Shown here in pieces: positions 51,856 through 63,975 of a stretch of DNA of 64,000 bases. The first letter of the stretch is position 1. Every line of letters starts with the position of its first letter. Made by a program: the position numbers and the translations under genes. A model generated the notes under the pieces. It ran no database searches, was not told the DNA's origin, and saw only the letters and a list, made by a program, of their open reading frames with translations. The stretch comes from Squalus acanthias (taxonomy: Eukaryota), in NCBI GenBank assembly GCA_030390025.1, contig CM059432.1, forward strand, positions 30,816,001 to 30,880,000, given 5' to 3'.

Positions 51856-52277
51856 AGAATACCCTTGTGCCAGGTGCATGAGTGATGATTCCTATCTGTT
51901 GATGTCAAAACAAGAATGGTTGTCAAAATACATTCTTGAGTTTAAGGCACTATACAAATGTCAGGTACAACAGGATTGGGAAGCTGGCTCATAATATTAG
52001 CCAAATCGTTCTGTATTCTTTCAGCTGAAGAACATTTGTTGTAAGCAAACTGACATTTGACAACCCAGTGAGTAAAGCTTTGAGACCTGCGATTCTCCAG
52101 ACCACACTTCTGATGGTGAGCCTCACCCCATCAGGACGAACATGTATCAGAAAGCTGGGTGCACACTGGTTTCCAGCTATTAAAGTTAATAGTATCATAG
52201 AGAGTGTGGCCCCTGACTTTTTTATGTGCTCCTGTTGGACACAGCTCCCCAACGGGAGCACAGACATGTAAAATTAT

Positions 52278-52838
52278 TAGGGTCATCGACCTGAAACGTT
52301 AACTCTGTTTCTCTCTCCACAGATGCTGCCTGACCTGCTGAGTATTTCCAGCATTTTCTGTTTTTATTACGTAAAATTATTTCCTGGCTTTAATCAATTG
52401 AATTCCTCTCCCCCTTGGCGCTGCCAAAAACATGACGGCGAGGTGACGTCAATCGGTGTGCAACACCGACTTAACATCACTAACGCGAACTTCGACCCTA
52501 GCGCTGAATTCAGCGCTGGGCCCTATGTGTGGCGATGTCTGCAGCTCTTAAAGGGACACACACATCTTTCAGGTAAGTTTGAATTTAAGGGTTTGGACTT
52601 TTTTTTAATTTTATTGAAGTGGTGGCTTGCTGCAATAGATGCAAAAAGTTTTTTATGTGTGTAGGGAGTGCTGCTGGATACTTGCAAGGGCTCGGATGGT
52701 AAATGAAGGCCTTTGAGAAGACAGAACATGCTGCAAATACTCAGCAGGTTACGCAACATCCGTGGAGAGAAAAGCAGAGTTCACGTCTCAGGTCAACATG
52801 CTGCCTGACCAACTGAGTATTTCCAGCAGTTTATGCTA
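52278..52838. mobile_element. Penelope-like end fragments (52278-52368 on +; inverted pair 52717-52838)
   Basis: Same family as 21935-22052; the second block is a head-to-head pair. Confidence 0.55.
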
Positions 52839-52857
52839 TCCTTTCACATTTACAGCA

Positions 52858-54083
52858 TCACTTGCAGAAGGATGAGGAAGACGTAGAAGAAGAAGACACA
52901 GAAGAGGAGGAAGCTGAAGAGGAGGAATCAGACAAAAGGATGCAACCCAGACAGCCTCTTTGTGGCCGGGATATCCGGGATGGAATTATCCACCTGCGGT
53001 CCCATTGGCTGGACAGGCTGTTCTCTTCTTGTTGACCCACTGGCTGGGCAGGCTGCATTTCTTGGGTGTGTGAAATGAGGAAGTCACAAGGGTGGAGTTG
53101 TGGTCATGGGAAGGCGGGAAAGCAAGAGGTGCATGCGAGAAGGAGGATAATGTACGAGGATACCAGCATATTTTATCCTTTCAGCCCCGCAGCTGGCCAA
53201 GGGCTCAACCATGCCCCTGCCAAGAATGGCCTGCACCGTCTCCGCCAAGGGGGTGAGGTGAGGCTAGAAATGGGAGACGTGCCTCGTGATTGGTGCAGAT
53301 TGTTGGTAGGTGAGTGATTGGTGGTCATGCATTGAGCAGTGTGTGAGGCTAGTGGTGCAGGTAGTAGGAGACGGCTTTTGAAGATGCATTCACTGACCTT
53401 GACCAGTGGTCTGAATTCATGAAGCTTCTTTGGGCACTGGAGCCAGGTAGTGGAGGTGACATTGCTTGCAGTGAAGGCCTTAGTGATGTACTCCCACATC
53501 GTTCTTTCTGGAGGGCTTCCTGGCCCCTGTGGGTAGAGGGCCGCTCTTGCAGTGTTGAACCCCTGCACAAAGCTGGAGTGCTGCGTGTGAGACCCTGGGT
53601 GCCCCTTCCCTGCCTTGCTGAGTCATTTGTGTTAGTGCTGAGGCAGTTTTCCCATTTGTTGAGGTTAGAAAGGTAATTCAGCTTTAACATTTGGAACTTC
53701 TTTTAAATGTTGAATATTTTTTAAAAGGCAGAAGGGGCTGAAAAATGTATTGATTCACTGCATTTTATTTTGTATTGCTTCAATGTGCATGGCCCCTTCA
53801 ATTCTCAGACCTCTTCATTGCCCACAATTCCCTGCGAGCTCCACAGCTTCGCCCACAGAGGCGGTGGGAAGCTGCAACGCTGGACCTGGACAGAAACTTC
53901 ATCTCGGATCCCTCCAGCAGCGCCACCAGGATGGCGTTGCATGGAAGGTTGGCACTGCGCCACCTATCTCCATGCCCCCCAGACCAATTTCACTCGGTTA
54001 GCGTTACAGCCATTTCCGGCAGCCGTTAACTGCAGTTGCCGGTGACACTGGTAGCTTTGCTGGCGAACACGAATTTTTCTCCC
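52858..54083. mobile_element. Harbinger derivative related to 16647-18536
   Basis: Myb remnant on minus (WLQCPKKLHEFRPLVK); terminus CACGAATTTTTCTCCC. Confidence 0.8.
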
Positions 54084-55683
54084 ATAGAATCTTACAGCAC
54101 AGAAGGATGCCATTCAGCCCATTGTGCCTATATCATGTCTTTGGAAGAGCTATCCAATTAGTCCCACTCCCCCCACTCATTTCCCAGAGCCCAGCAAATT
54201 TTTCCATTTCAACTATATATCCAATTCCCTTTTGAAAGTTACTATTGAATTTGCTTCCACCACCCTTTCTGGCAGTACATTGCCTATCATAACAACTCAC
54301 TGCATAATTTTTTTTTCTCATCTTCCCCTCTAGTTCTTTTGCTGATAATCTTAAACCTGCGTCCTCTGGCTACCGACCCTCCTGCCAGTGGAAGCAGTCT
54401 CTCCCTATCTACTCTAACAAAACCCCTCATAATTTTGAACAGTTCACGATAAGGTGATTGCATATTCTACAAGCTTCCAGTGTGCTGTATTCTGCCGCCT
54501 TATTGAAAATAGCCTGTACTTTTGCATATTATGTAGATCTATAGTGGTGATTCAGCTATCTGGCGCTCCTAGTGGGGTGCAGCACTCACAGAAAGTGCAT
54601 CATGGGAAACTGTGAACACACGGCCTATGATTTTCCAACCAAACATTTTACTGGAGGAAAAATCACAGGCTGTACGCCCAGAATTTCAAGGATGCACTCC
54701 TTGCCAATGTCAAAATAGTTAATCACTCCTAAAATATTTATATAGATAGATAAATATCTGTCTTTCAAATAATATGGTAAACCAAGCTGCCAATTACTGG
54801 TTCAGCTAGTCATTATGGCAATATTTGAAGAAGGGCCTGGCATTCTCCCAGTATCCTGATTAACATTTCCCTCAACCAACATAACAAGAGTTGCTGTGTT
54901 TCAAATATTAATTGGTATGTGATGTGCTTGGCGCTATTTCAATGTGAAAAGGTACTATATCAATGCAAGAATTGTACACAAGATACAAAATATCTCACAA
55001 TGAATTACTTCTTTCAAAATATATTTTTTATTATAAATTCTCCTTGTTTTTTCATTTTTTTTCCTTTATCACTTAATAACACTGAATCGGAAACTGGCCA
55101 CCTTCCAGCAACTCACCCAATCGAATATTGCTTATATGTGAGTAAGGCAATGAGTATCTGCAACCTAGACAGTTATTGAGGGGGGATGCTATAGTCGAGT
55201 GCAACCCAGTCCACATCTGACCTCTGAACATAAAGTTTCCAGCAGCGTTTGAATAGTGAGCAGAAGCAAAAAACCTGGTTTAGCTTCCTCTCCAGCACAG
55301 GTGCACTGAGACTGCTTGTGACACCACTTACCACTGAGCTCAGCTAACTTGGCAACAGGTCAGAGACCAAACCTAGGCTCTTCCTGATCTGGTCTGTATT
55401 GCACACTAAGCAATGCACTTAAGAGCTGAGCTATCAGAAAAACTCAGAGAAATAATCTGATAATATTAAACTTATTACCTCCATTGGAAACCTAAGAATG
55501 AATTATTTTCTAAAGGCCCAATTTTAACCTGCCTGGTGTTTGTGATGGGGAACAGAACTCTTCCCATTTCAGGCACCCAATACCAGCATTAAACAATTCC
55601 AAACCGGGTACAGTCCATGTCCACTAGGAATTGGATTTAGACTGCCTGAACTCATCCCATATAGGACCATTACAGCTGGCAGA

Positions 55684-56215
55684 CAACAACAATAACAACT
55701 TGCACTTATATAGCGCCTTTAATGTAGCAAAACGTCCAAAGGTGCTTCACAAGAGCGATATCAAATTTGACACCGAGCCACAGAAGGAGATATCAGGACA
55801 GGTGACCAAAAGCCTAGTCAAAGAGGTAGGTTTTCATGAGCATCTTAAAGTAGGAGAGAGGTAGAGTGGTGGAGAGGTTTAGGGAGAGAATTCCAGAGAT
55901 TAGGGCCAAAGCAGCTGAAAGCACGGCTGCCAATGGTGGAGCGATTAAAATTGAGGATGCTAGGTGCACAAGATGTTAGAACTGGGGGAGCGCAGAGATC
56001 TCGAAGGCTTGTGGGTTTGAGGAGGTTATAGAGATAGGGAGGGCTGAGGACATGGAGGGTTTTGATAACAAGGATGAGAATTTTAAAATTGAGGTGTTGC
56101 CAGACCGGGAGCCAATGTAGGTTAGCAAGCACAGGGATGATGGGTGAATAGGACTTAGTGCGAGTTAAGATATGGGCAGCAGAGTTTTGGATGGAAGATC
56201 GGAGGCCAGCTCGGA
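55684..56215 (-). mobile_element. L2 LINE 3' end
   Basis: IQNSAAHILTR...PVLANLHWLPV...GSRAFS...LWNSLP; CAA-repeat tail. Confidence 0.9.
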
Positions 56216-56520
56216 AAGACATGAGACTTTCAATCCATCGGTCTAGGCCAAAAGTGAAAGGTCAGTTTCTAACCCATTGTGCTATCCTAATTTTAACCTA
56301 ACATTTTATCGGATAAATCATTAAAACTGACTCGTTTTAATGACCTATCCAATAAAATCCCAGAGCTCATTCGTGCTAAGTTCCTCAAGCATATTGCTAC
56401 CTAATGTGTCATGCACAATCTAATTTCATCTATCTAATCTTACACTTATGCACGTTGAACTCCATTTACCCACTTTTGTCCCATTGTCCCACTCTCTTCC
56501 CTTTGAATTATTGTGCATTG

Positions 56521-56735
56521 TGTCATAAATCGCAAATAACAACTCAGGAAGTACTACTGGGCGGCCAGCTGGGGCGCCGTCCAGGGAGTATAAATACTCA
56601 GGCATGGGCCCACCTTGGGCAGAGACAATCTGGAAACAGGAAGCTAGTGACTGCTAACTAGACCTCCATGTTTTGTTACAAGTTGATTAAAGCCTTGCTT
56701 TATGTTCAAGTGCGTAGTGAGTCTTTATTACGTCA
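56521..56735 (+). repeat. 5' LTR (215 bp)
   Basis: 4 differences from the 3' LTR by eye; TATAAAT 56589-56595; ATTAAA 56686-56691. Confidence 0.97.
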
Positions 56736-56835
56736 ATTTAATCAACTTGGTATCGTCTCCACGCTTTGGGTGATTCGGAACAACCAGCTGCAACTCGAAC
56801 CACAGAAGGGAACTAGGGCAAGAAACTGATCCATC

Positions 56836-58068
56836 ATGGAAAAACTCCTTAGACCCGCTCGTCTCGACCTGGACCCGAATGCACCTGCGGCAGCGAAGGT
56901 ATGGAAGCATTGGTTTCGTACCTTTAGCAATTTTCTTGAAGAATGTGGGGCGGATGTCCCTAATAAGTTACGAATGCTTATCAACTACGTGTCTCCTCAT
57001 GTGTATGATTATATTGAGGACTGTATAGACGATGACACTGCTATTGAAATCTTACAGCAGCTATATGTCAAGTCCCCAAATGAAATCTTTGCTCGACACC
57101 TACTGGCCACAACTCGGCAGCAGCCTGGGGAATCACTCGATGAATTTCTCCAGAAACTTCGCAGGCTCAGCAAGGATTGTAACCTTAAAGCAGTTACAGC
57201 TCAACAGTATCAAGAGGAACTAATCCGCGATTCCTTTATCAATGGGATCGCGTCCCCTTTTATACATCAGCGCCTGCTGGAAAATAAAACCCTCAATTTA
57301 CGGGCTGCTTATGACCAGGCGTGTTCCTTGGACTTGGCCAAGAAAAATGCAGACACTTATCTCCCACCACGTGCACGGGCGGCGGCTATCTCCTTTAATG
57401 AGTCTTTCGGTAGGTCTCGGGCGGATGCCCCCACTGATGTCGACTCTACTCTAACAGACGACGACTCTACCCTAGAGGCCTTCGCTGATGACGACCCCGC
57501 CCTAGCAGCATCCTGGCAATCAGGAAGAAAGTGTTTCTTTTGTGGAGGGGCGTGCCATCACAGAAAATTTTGCCCGGCTCGTAATGTGACCTGCAATCAT
57601 TGCAGCAAGAAAGGACACTTTTCCAAGGTATGCCAGTCACGGGCCTTTGCTAACAAGAAAGGCCGCTCCTCTAAAGTATACCGGTCGAGAGCTCCTGTTA
57701 GCTTCACAGCTGCTATCTATGGAGCTGCTCCTCCCCCAGGAACCACTGTTAAGGCTACAGTTGCCGAAGGGAAAATTGCCCCTCCTCCCATCACGGCTGT
57801 TTTTCCCCAAAGTTTGTCCCATGCAGCCACGAAGGTTTCAGTAAATGGGCACACTCTAAGCGCGCTAATCGACTCCTGCAGCTCTGACAGCTTCATTAGT
57901 AAGCGGGCTGTCAACAGGTTAAAACTGCACACTTATCCCTCGGACAGGGAGATTGCAATGGCTCTGACGACTCTGACCACCAATTCTTCTGGCTTCTGTC
58001 TTGTCAACCTCATCCTCAACGGCCGCACGTATCTCTCCACCCGGCTCGGAGTACTCAAACTTATGTAG
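56836..58068 (+). CDS. gag: Gag-protease (two Cys/His knuckles, aspartic protease); frame broken near 58060
   Basis: CFFCGGACHHRKFC and CNHCSKKGHFSKVC; ALIDSC protease motif. Confidence 0.9.
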   Translation: MEKLLRPARLDLDPNAPAAAKVWKHWFRTFSNFLEECGADVPNKLRMLINYVSPHVYDYIEDCIDDDTAIEILQQLYVKSPNEIFARHLLATTRQQPGESLDEFLQKLRRLSKDCNLKAVTAQQYQEELIRDSFINGIASPFIHQRLLENKTLNLRAAYDQACSLDLAKKNADTYLPPRARAAAISFNESFGRSRADAPTDVDSTLTDDDSTLEAFADDDPALAASWQSGRKCFFCGGACHHRKFCPARNVTCNHCSKKGHFSKVCQSRAFANKKGRSSKVYRSRAPVSFTAAIYGAAPPPGTTVKATVAEGKIAPPPITAVFPQSLSHAATKVSVNGHTLSALIDSCSSDSFISKRAVNRLKLHTYPSDREIAMALTTLTTNSSGFCLVNLILNGRTYLSTRLGVLKLM

Positions 58069-60766
58069 CGATGTGCTTCTGGGACAGGACTTCCAGAAGC
58101 AGCACAAGAAGATCACTTTTGAGTTTGGAGGGTCAAGGCCGGAGCTTACCATTTCTAAGGTGCCGTTTTGTGCACTCTCGGCGGCCTTACTCGGTGAACC
58201 CTCCCTGTTTGCCAATCTTCCCCCCCGCTGTAAACCCATAGCCACCAAATCGCGGCGCTTTAGCCAAGACGATCGAGCGTTTATTGAGGCGGAAATCTCT
58301 CGCCTTTTAGTCGACGGTATTATCGAGCCATGTTCATCTCCCTGGCGGGCTCAGGTCGTCATCATGAGGAATCCCTTAAAACAACATAAAAAACGTCTGT
58401 GTATCGATTATTCGCTATAATATACCGATCTGGATGCCTACCCGCTGCCACGCATAGATGACATGGTTAACAACCTTGCCAAATACAAGGTATTCTCGAC
58501 CTTCGATTTAAAAAGCGCGTACCATCAGGTGCCACTGCAAGACTCCGACAAGAAGTATACGGCCTTTGAGGCCAATGATCGGCTTTTCCAGTTTCGCCGC
58601 CTTCCATTCGGGGTCACCAATGGGGTGGCCGTCTTCCAACGGGCCATGGATGGCCTAGTCCGGCAAGAGAACTTGACGGATACCTTTCCGTATTTAGACA
58701 ATATCACTATTGCCGGCCATGATCAAAAGGAGCATGACGCCAATCTTCAGAGATTTTTTGACGTACTCCGCCGTCGCCACTTAACGTTAAACGAATCCAA
58801 ATCGGTGAAGTCAGTACCATCGGTGAACATTCTTGGCTACTGGGTGGGCAACGGTGTTATTAAACCGGACCCAGAGCGACTTCGTCCACTTCAGGAGCTC
58901 CCTCCCCCGACGAACCTCGGCTCTCTTCGTCGGGCACTTGGCATGTTTGCTTATTACGCAAAATGGATACCACACTTCTCCGATAAAATACAGCCCCTGC
59001 TTCATGCGAAGTCTTTTCCATTGGAAGCTACGGCTATTTCTGCCTTCAACCTCCTCAAACGACAGCTGGAGAAAGCCACACTTCGCTCCATTGACGAAAA
59101 TCTTCCTTTTGTCGTCGAATGCGATGCATCGGAGGTGGCGATCTCCGCTACCTTGAATCAAGGTGGCCGACCCGTGGCATTCCTATCCAGAACCTTGCAG
59201 GGTAGCGAGCTCCATTACCCCCCCGTCGAGAAGGAGGCTACGGCCATCATCGAGGCTGTACGCCAATGGGGTCATTTTCTTGTTCGGCGTCATTTTACGC
59301 TTATAACTGACCAGCGCTCTGTGGCCTTCATGTTGGATAACCGGAGGCGCACGAAAATCAAAAATAATAAAATTCAACTCTGGAGGATGGAGCTGGCTGC
59401 CTTTGGATATACTATCTGTTACCGACCCGGCAAACAGAACGTGGCCCCAGATACCTTCACACGGGAATTTTGCTCCTCAATGTCAACGTCGACTCTGGCG
59501 GATTTGCATATGGTCTTATGCCATCCTGGTGTGACCCGCATGTTGCACTTTGTGCGCTCCAAAAATCTACCATTTTCAACCGAGGACGTAAAGAAAACAT
59601 GCTCCTCCTGTAGGATTTGTGCAGAATTGAAACCACAATTCTTTCGCCCATCAGATGGCTTACTCATACATGCAATGCAGCCTATTCAGAGGCTCAGCAT
59701 AGACTTTAAAGGGCCATTGCCTTCGTCGACAAGGAACACCTACCTACTTACGATGGTGGACGAGTATTCACGCTTTCCCTTCGCCTTCCCCTGCCCTAAT
59801 ATGCTTACCTCTACGGTAATTAAATGCCTCGATCAGGTCTTTTCCCTTTGCGGGACGGCCAATTTTATCCACACTGATCGGGGTCCCTCCTTTATGTCGA
59901 GTGAACTTAAAAGTTATCTCTCCCAACGGGGAATCGCCTCAAGTAGGACGACACCATATCACCCAATCGGTAACGGACAGGTTGAACGATACAATGCCAT
60001 CATCTGGAACACTGTCCGTCTGGCACTAAGGTCACGCAACCTGCCGGACCAGCAGTGGGAAACGGTGCTCCCCGACGCGTTACACTCTATCAGGTCTCTT
60101 CTCTCCACATCTACTAATGTCACGCCTCATGAGCGATTCTTCAAATTCCGGCGTCGCTCGACACATGGGACGTCTCTACCGTCATGGTTGGTGGCTCCAG
60201 GCCCGGTGCTACTCCGGAGGTTCGTCCGGTCTGCCAAAAACGACCCTCTCGTTGACAAGGTGGAGTTAACGGAGGTAAACCCCACGTATGCGCACGTACG
60301 GTACCCTGATGGCCGGGAGACCACCGTCTCGCTCCGAGATCTGGCTCCCTGCCCAACCGGTCACACGGGCCCGAATGATGAAGGATCCCCCGACAATGAT
60401 ATCAACACTCCGCACCCCTATGAAAATGACGCCCCGCCTGGGACATCGGGGGATCTGCCGGCAACGCTACCGGATCAACTCAGGGAGCTGGACGCTCCCC
60501 GTAGGATGGCCACCCGAAACCAGGACGCCGGACAATCTCCAGCCACGACCCGGGATGAGGCCAGCTCAGCACCTGTGGGGACCCGCACCCGGAGTCATGA
60601 TATTCCCAGTCCTCCACAGGATGATCAAAATGACGCGGACTCTACTGACTTACCGGTACGGGCCAAGCGACCCAGGGACCAGGACACGGTCCGGGGAGAC
60701 GTGCCTTCCAGTCACAAGCAGAGAGCTAAACGTCTACGGCTATTTCTGGTCCACCTAGTCCGTTAA
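58060..60766 (+). pseudogene. pol: Pol (RT-RNase H-integrase) with a lesion near 58420
   Basis: RLCIDYS* then DAYPLP; LPFG; YLDN; CDAS; HHCC zinc finger; IDF / TDRG / VERYN integrase triad. Confidence 0.92.
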
Positions 60767-60788
60767 AGGAAGACTGGACTTCCAAACC

Positions 60789-60804
60789 TTTTAGGGAGGA
60801 AGAA
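60789..60804 (+). other. Polypurine tract
   Basis: TTTTAGGGAGGAAGAA directly before the 3' LTR. Confidence 0.85.
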
Positions 60805-61019
60805 TGTCATAAATCGCAAGTAACAACTCAGGAAGTACTACTGGGCGGCCAGCTGGGGCGCCGTCCAGGGAGTATAAATACTCAGGCATGGGCCCACCTT
60901 GGGCAGAGACCATCTGGAAACAGGAAGCTAGTGACTGCTAACTAGACCTCCATGTTTTGTTACAAGTTGATTAAATTCTTGCTTTATGTTCAAGTGCGTA
61001 GTGAGTCTTTATTACGTCA
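60805..61019 (+). repeat. 3' LTR (215 bp)
   Basis: Direct repeat of 56521-56735, followed by CATTG. Confidence 0.97.
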
Positions 61020-61174
61020 CATTGGTTGGCATCTTTCACCACTGCACCTAATTTGGTATTATCTGCAGAGTTAAACACCTTGAACAATATTCCATTCTCT
61101 AAGTCAATTAGAAAAGTTCTAAACAACAGCAGCCCCAACACTGGCAACCTGTTCCCACACTGATGCCTCCACAT

Positions 61175-61745
61175 GCATAGGAACATAGGAACAGGAGTAG
61201 GCTACTTAGCCCCTCGAGCCTGTTCTGCCATTCACTGAGATCATGGCTGATCTGCGACCTAACTCCATATACCTGCCTTTGCATCAAATCCCTTAAAAGC
61301 TTTAGTTAACAGAAATCTATCAATCTCAGTTTTAAAATTAACAATTGATCTAGCATCAATTGCCATTTGTGAAAGAGAGTTCCAAAATGCTACCACCCAT
61401 TGTGCATAGAAGTGTTCCCTAATTTCACTCCTGAAAGGTCTGGCTCTAATTTTTAGACCATGCCCCCCAGTCCTAGACTCCCCAACCAGCGGAAATAGTT
61501 TCTCTCTATCTACTCTATCTGTTCCCCATAATATATTGAAAACTTTGATCACATCACCCCATAACTTTCTAAATTCCAAGGAATAAAACCAATATTCCCT
61601 TTATTTTTTTTCTCGGTGCCCATTCAAAATACCGCGCATGTGCGGTTTTACCCATTTAAAAGCCGGTGAACCAGCTGCATGGGCCACGTGGCCGCACAGC
61701 TTAAGGAGAACATTGAATACACCGTTAGTTTGTGTAATCTCTACC
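61175..61745 (-). mobile_element. CR1 3' fragment containing a MITE
   Basis: ORF 61259-61579 encodes the CR1 C-terminus; GGAACATA tail repeats. Confidence 0.88.
61590..61715. mobile_element. hAT-type MITE, second copy
   Basis: CAATATTCCC...GAGAACATTG ends; flanks AATAAAAC / AATACACC; reverse homologue of 16487-16630. Confidence 0.75.
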
Positions 61746-61784
61746 ATCACCATTTGCTGTCTCCCTTTCAGCTATTGATCAATT

Positions 61785-62245
61785 CAGCCTAATACTGTGC
61801 TATCTATCCCATGGGCCCTCACCTTGTGACTCAGTCTGTTAGTTGGGACAGTGTCAAATGCCTTCCTGAAAATCCAGGTGGAGAACATCCACTGCCTCAC
61901 CCCTGTACTTCTAGATGACCCCTTATGCAGTCTCCTATCAAATTTTAGAACTTTCCCACAACCAAGGTAAGGTTCACAGGTTTGTAATTTGAAGGTAGGG
62001 GTAACATTTTCTACTTTCAATTTGGGATGTTACCCAATTTCAATGAGCTTTGAAAGATATCAGCGAGGGGATTTGTAATCTGCTCCGCCAATTGCACCAG
62101 CATTATTGGATGAACTATATCAGAGTCTGGATCCTTGTTAAACTTCAGCTTCCTAAACCTTTCTATTATCCATCCCTTTGTGATGTTAAGTCTGTTCTCT
62201 GTGTTATACCCTTCTTCCAAAATGAATCCCACTGCTCTGCTCTTG
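61785..62245 (-). mobile_element. Old CR1 RT fragment
   Basis: PLADIFQSSL...NVTPTFK...FRKAFDTVP. Confidence 0.8.
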
Positions 62246-63687
62246 TGAAGGAAATAACCATATTCCAAGAAATATATCATCCTATAGACAGATTTGATAA
62301 TATTAAAACATGACAAACTGGGGTTAAAAATCTAAAAGCCTCAACGACACAAGCCGTAAAACAGAAATACAGGCTTCTGAGATAAAGATCAGTTGTTAAC
62401 AAAGTTGTAAACATCACAAGCTTTGAAATGGGAAATGTTTGTAAATACAAAGACATGGCCCTATTGAAACATTGGAACCAACACAATGGAATGACCCAAG
62501 TAAAGTATCAAAATCTAACACGTCGAACAGGTGCACAGAACATTAAAAAAAACAAGTGCCTTTGAAAAAATGACATCAAGTAAAAGAAATACCTGCCGTA
62601 AAATAGTTTTATGTTAAACTTAGAAACAGGAGACATGATTCTTAATACAACCAATTGAAGTAAATAAGAACTTCAGGGAACACCCTAGATGAAGTGTTTA
62701 CAAGTTATAAAAGGTACAAATAGGAAGGCTTTGAAAATATAATATCAATAGATGACACCAAGCAATTACATTGTGTTTGTATTGAAAATGGAATAGTTAG
62801 GAGACACGACGTCTGACTTACAAGCAGTTAAGTGATATTAAGAATTCAATAGAAAGACTTCCTAAGAATAGCATCAAATAGATAAATCGATAATAACCAT
62901 TTTATGATAGTTTTTGAAACACCTAAAGGTAAAGACAGAATTTTAAAGAGTTGGCAGCTGAAATGACAGTAAGAATAGAAAACAATTCAATAGAGTATCA
63001 CGAGAGACAATTAGCTTACATCAGCAGAATACTTCAAAGAATAAACCACTAAAAAAAGTATAAAAATAAGAGCTTTTTAGATGAAAAGTCAGAAGTCGCT
63101 GGAAGGGCAAGCGTTTCTCAACTTCACAGGCACGCTCTGTAAGTTTATAACTCTGAGTCTCGGGTAATCAAGGTATTTGATTTTGGTGGATATTCTGGAT
63201 TAAGAATTAAGTAGAAGTGTGGAAATGTAACAAAGTTAAGATTTGAGAATAAGGATCTCTGATAAGAAATGTAAGCTATTTGTATTTTGAACGGTTAAAG
63301 TTGCGATTGCCATAACAGCTGTTAACTAAATGTCGATTCTTTAATAAATCTATATATTTTTAGAATTATCTCACAGAGTATTTCTGTATAAACTCGCGAA
63401 CTCAATTTCTGTATACTCAAAGGAGTTGCAGAATTCTGGGAGGTATTCTGGACCCTCATAATATCCGGAAGGTTACAGTCTAGTTAAACTTATTAAAAGT
63501 GCTATCCGGAGGACGGTAACATCTTCTCGCCGTTCCTTTCCTTAGGGAGAGGTAGTCTGACCTTTAGACCCAATTAAGCGTCTTATAGAATTAGGCTATC
63601 TTTAACTTTAGTTGAAGGTGAACGTCTGGGGAATACGCCTGATCTGGGGTAGCCCAAAAAGGGCTAGGACTTGTAATTATCCCTTCA
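62246..63687 (+). mobile_element. Long retrovirus-like solo LTR, copy 2 (1442 bp)
   Basis: TGAAGG...CCTTCA termini; flanks CTCTTG / CTCTTT; TATAAAA 63059-63065; AATAAA 63343-63348. Confidence 0.85.
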
Positions 63688-63714
63688 CTCTTTCCCTGTA
63701 GTCTTATACTTTGT

Positions 63715-63975
63715 CTAATTGGAGCTCATTCACGTGAAAGCCTGGACAGTGAGTCTCAGAAGGCCATCACAGCTGAGCCAATCTTATCTTCACTTAACGT
63801 CCATATACAGATTTCCAGCACGGGCCACTGTAAGCGGACAGGAGTGAGAAGCCTGATCGATTCTCCCTTCTATATCATAAAGATGCTGTGGTGCAACTGT
63901 ATCACCCTCCAGTCGAGATTAGATGACTCAGCACAAAAAGAGAACTGAACCCTGGACCTTTCTGGTCTTCACCTC
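63715..63975 (-). repeat. Old SINE-like dispersed repeat (similar pieces near 19020-19330, 21610-21900, 29480-29870, 42380-42640, 55130-55430)
   Basis: Recurrent, highly diverged blocks such as GACAGTGAG...TTTCCAGCA...AGCTGAC; family not identified. Confidence 0.45.

Larger units (their letters stand above)
56521..61019 (+). mobile_element. Full-length Ty3/Gypsy (Mag-like) LTR retrotransposon
   Basis: TG...CA LTRs; CATTG on both flanks; gag-PR-RT-RH-IN order; polypurine tract. Confidence 0.97.

Noticed and set aside
56748..56760. TGGTATCG as an initiator-Met tRNA PBS
   Set aside because: Starts about 12 nt from the LTR and departs from TGGTATCAGAGC after 7 nt; not fully excluded without a tRNA search
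60340..60766. env gene or chromodomain after integrase
   Set aside because: Low-complexity P/D/T/R-rich tail with no hydrophobic segment or chromodomain pattern
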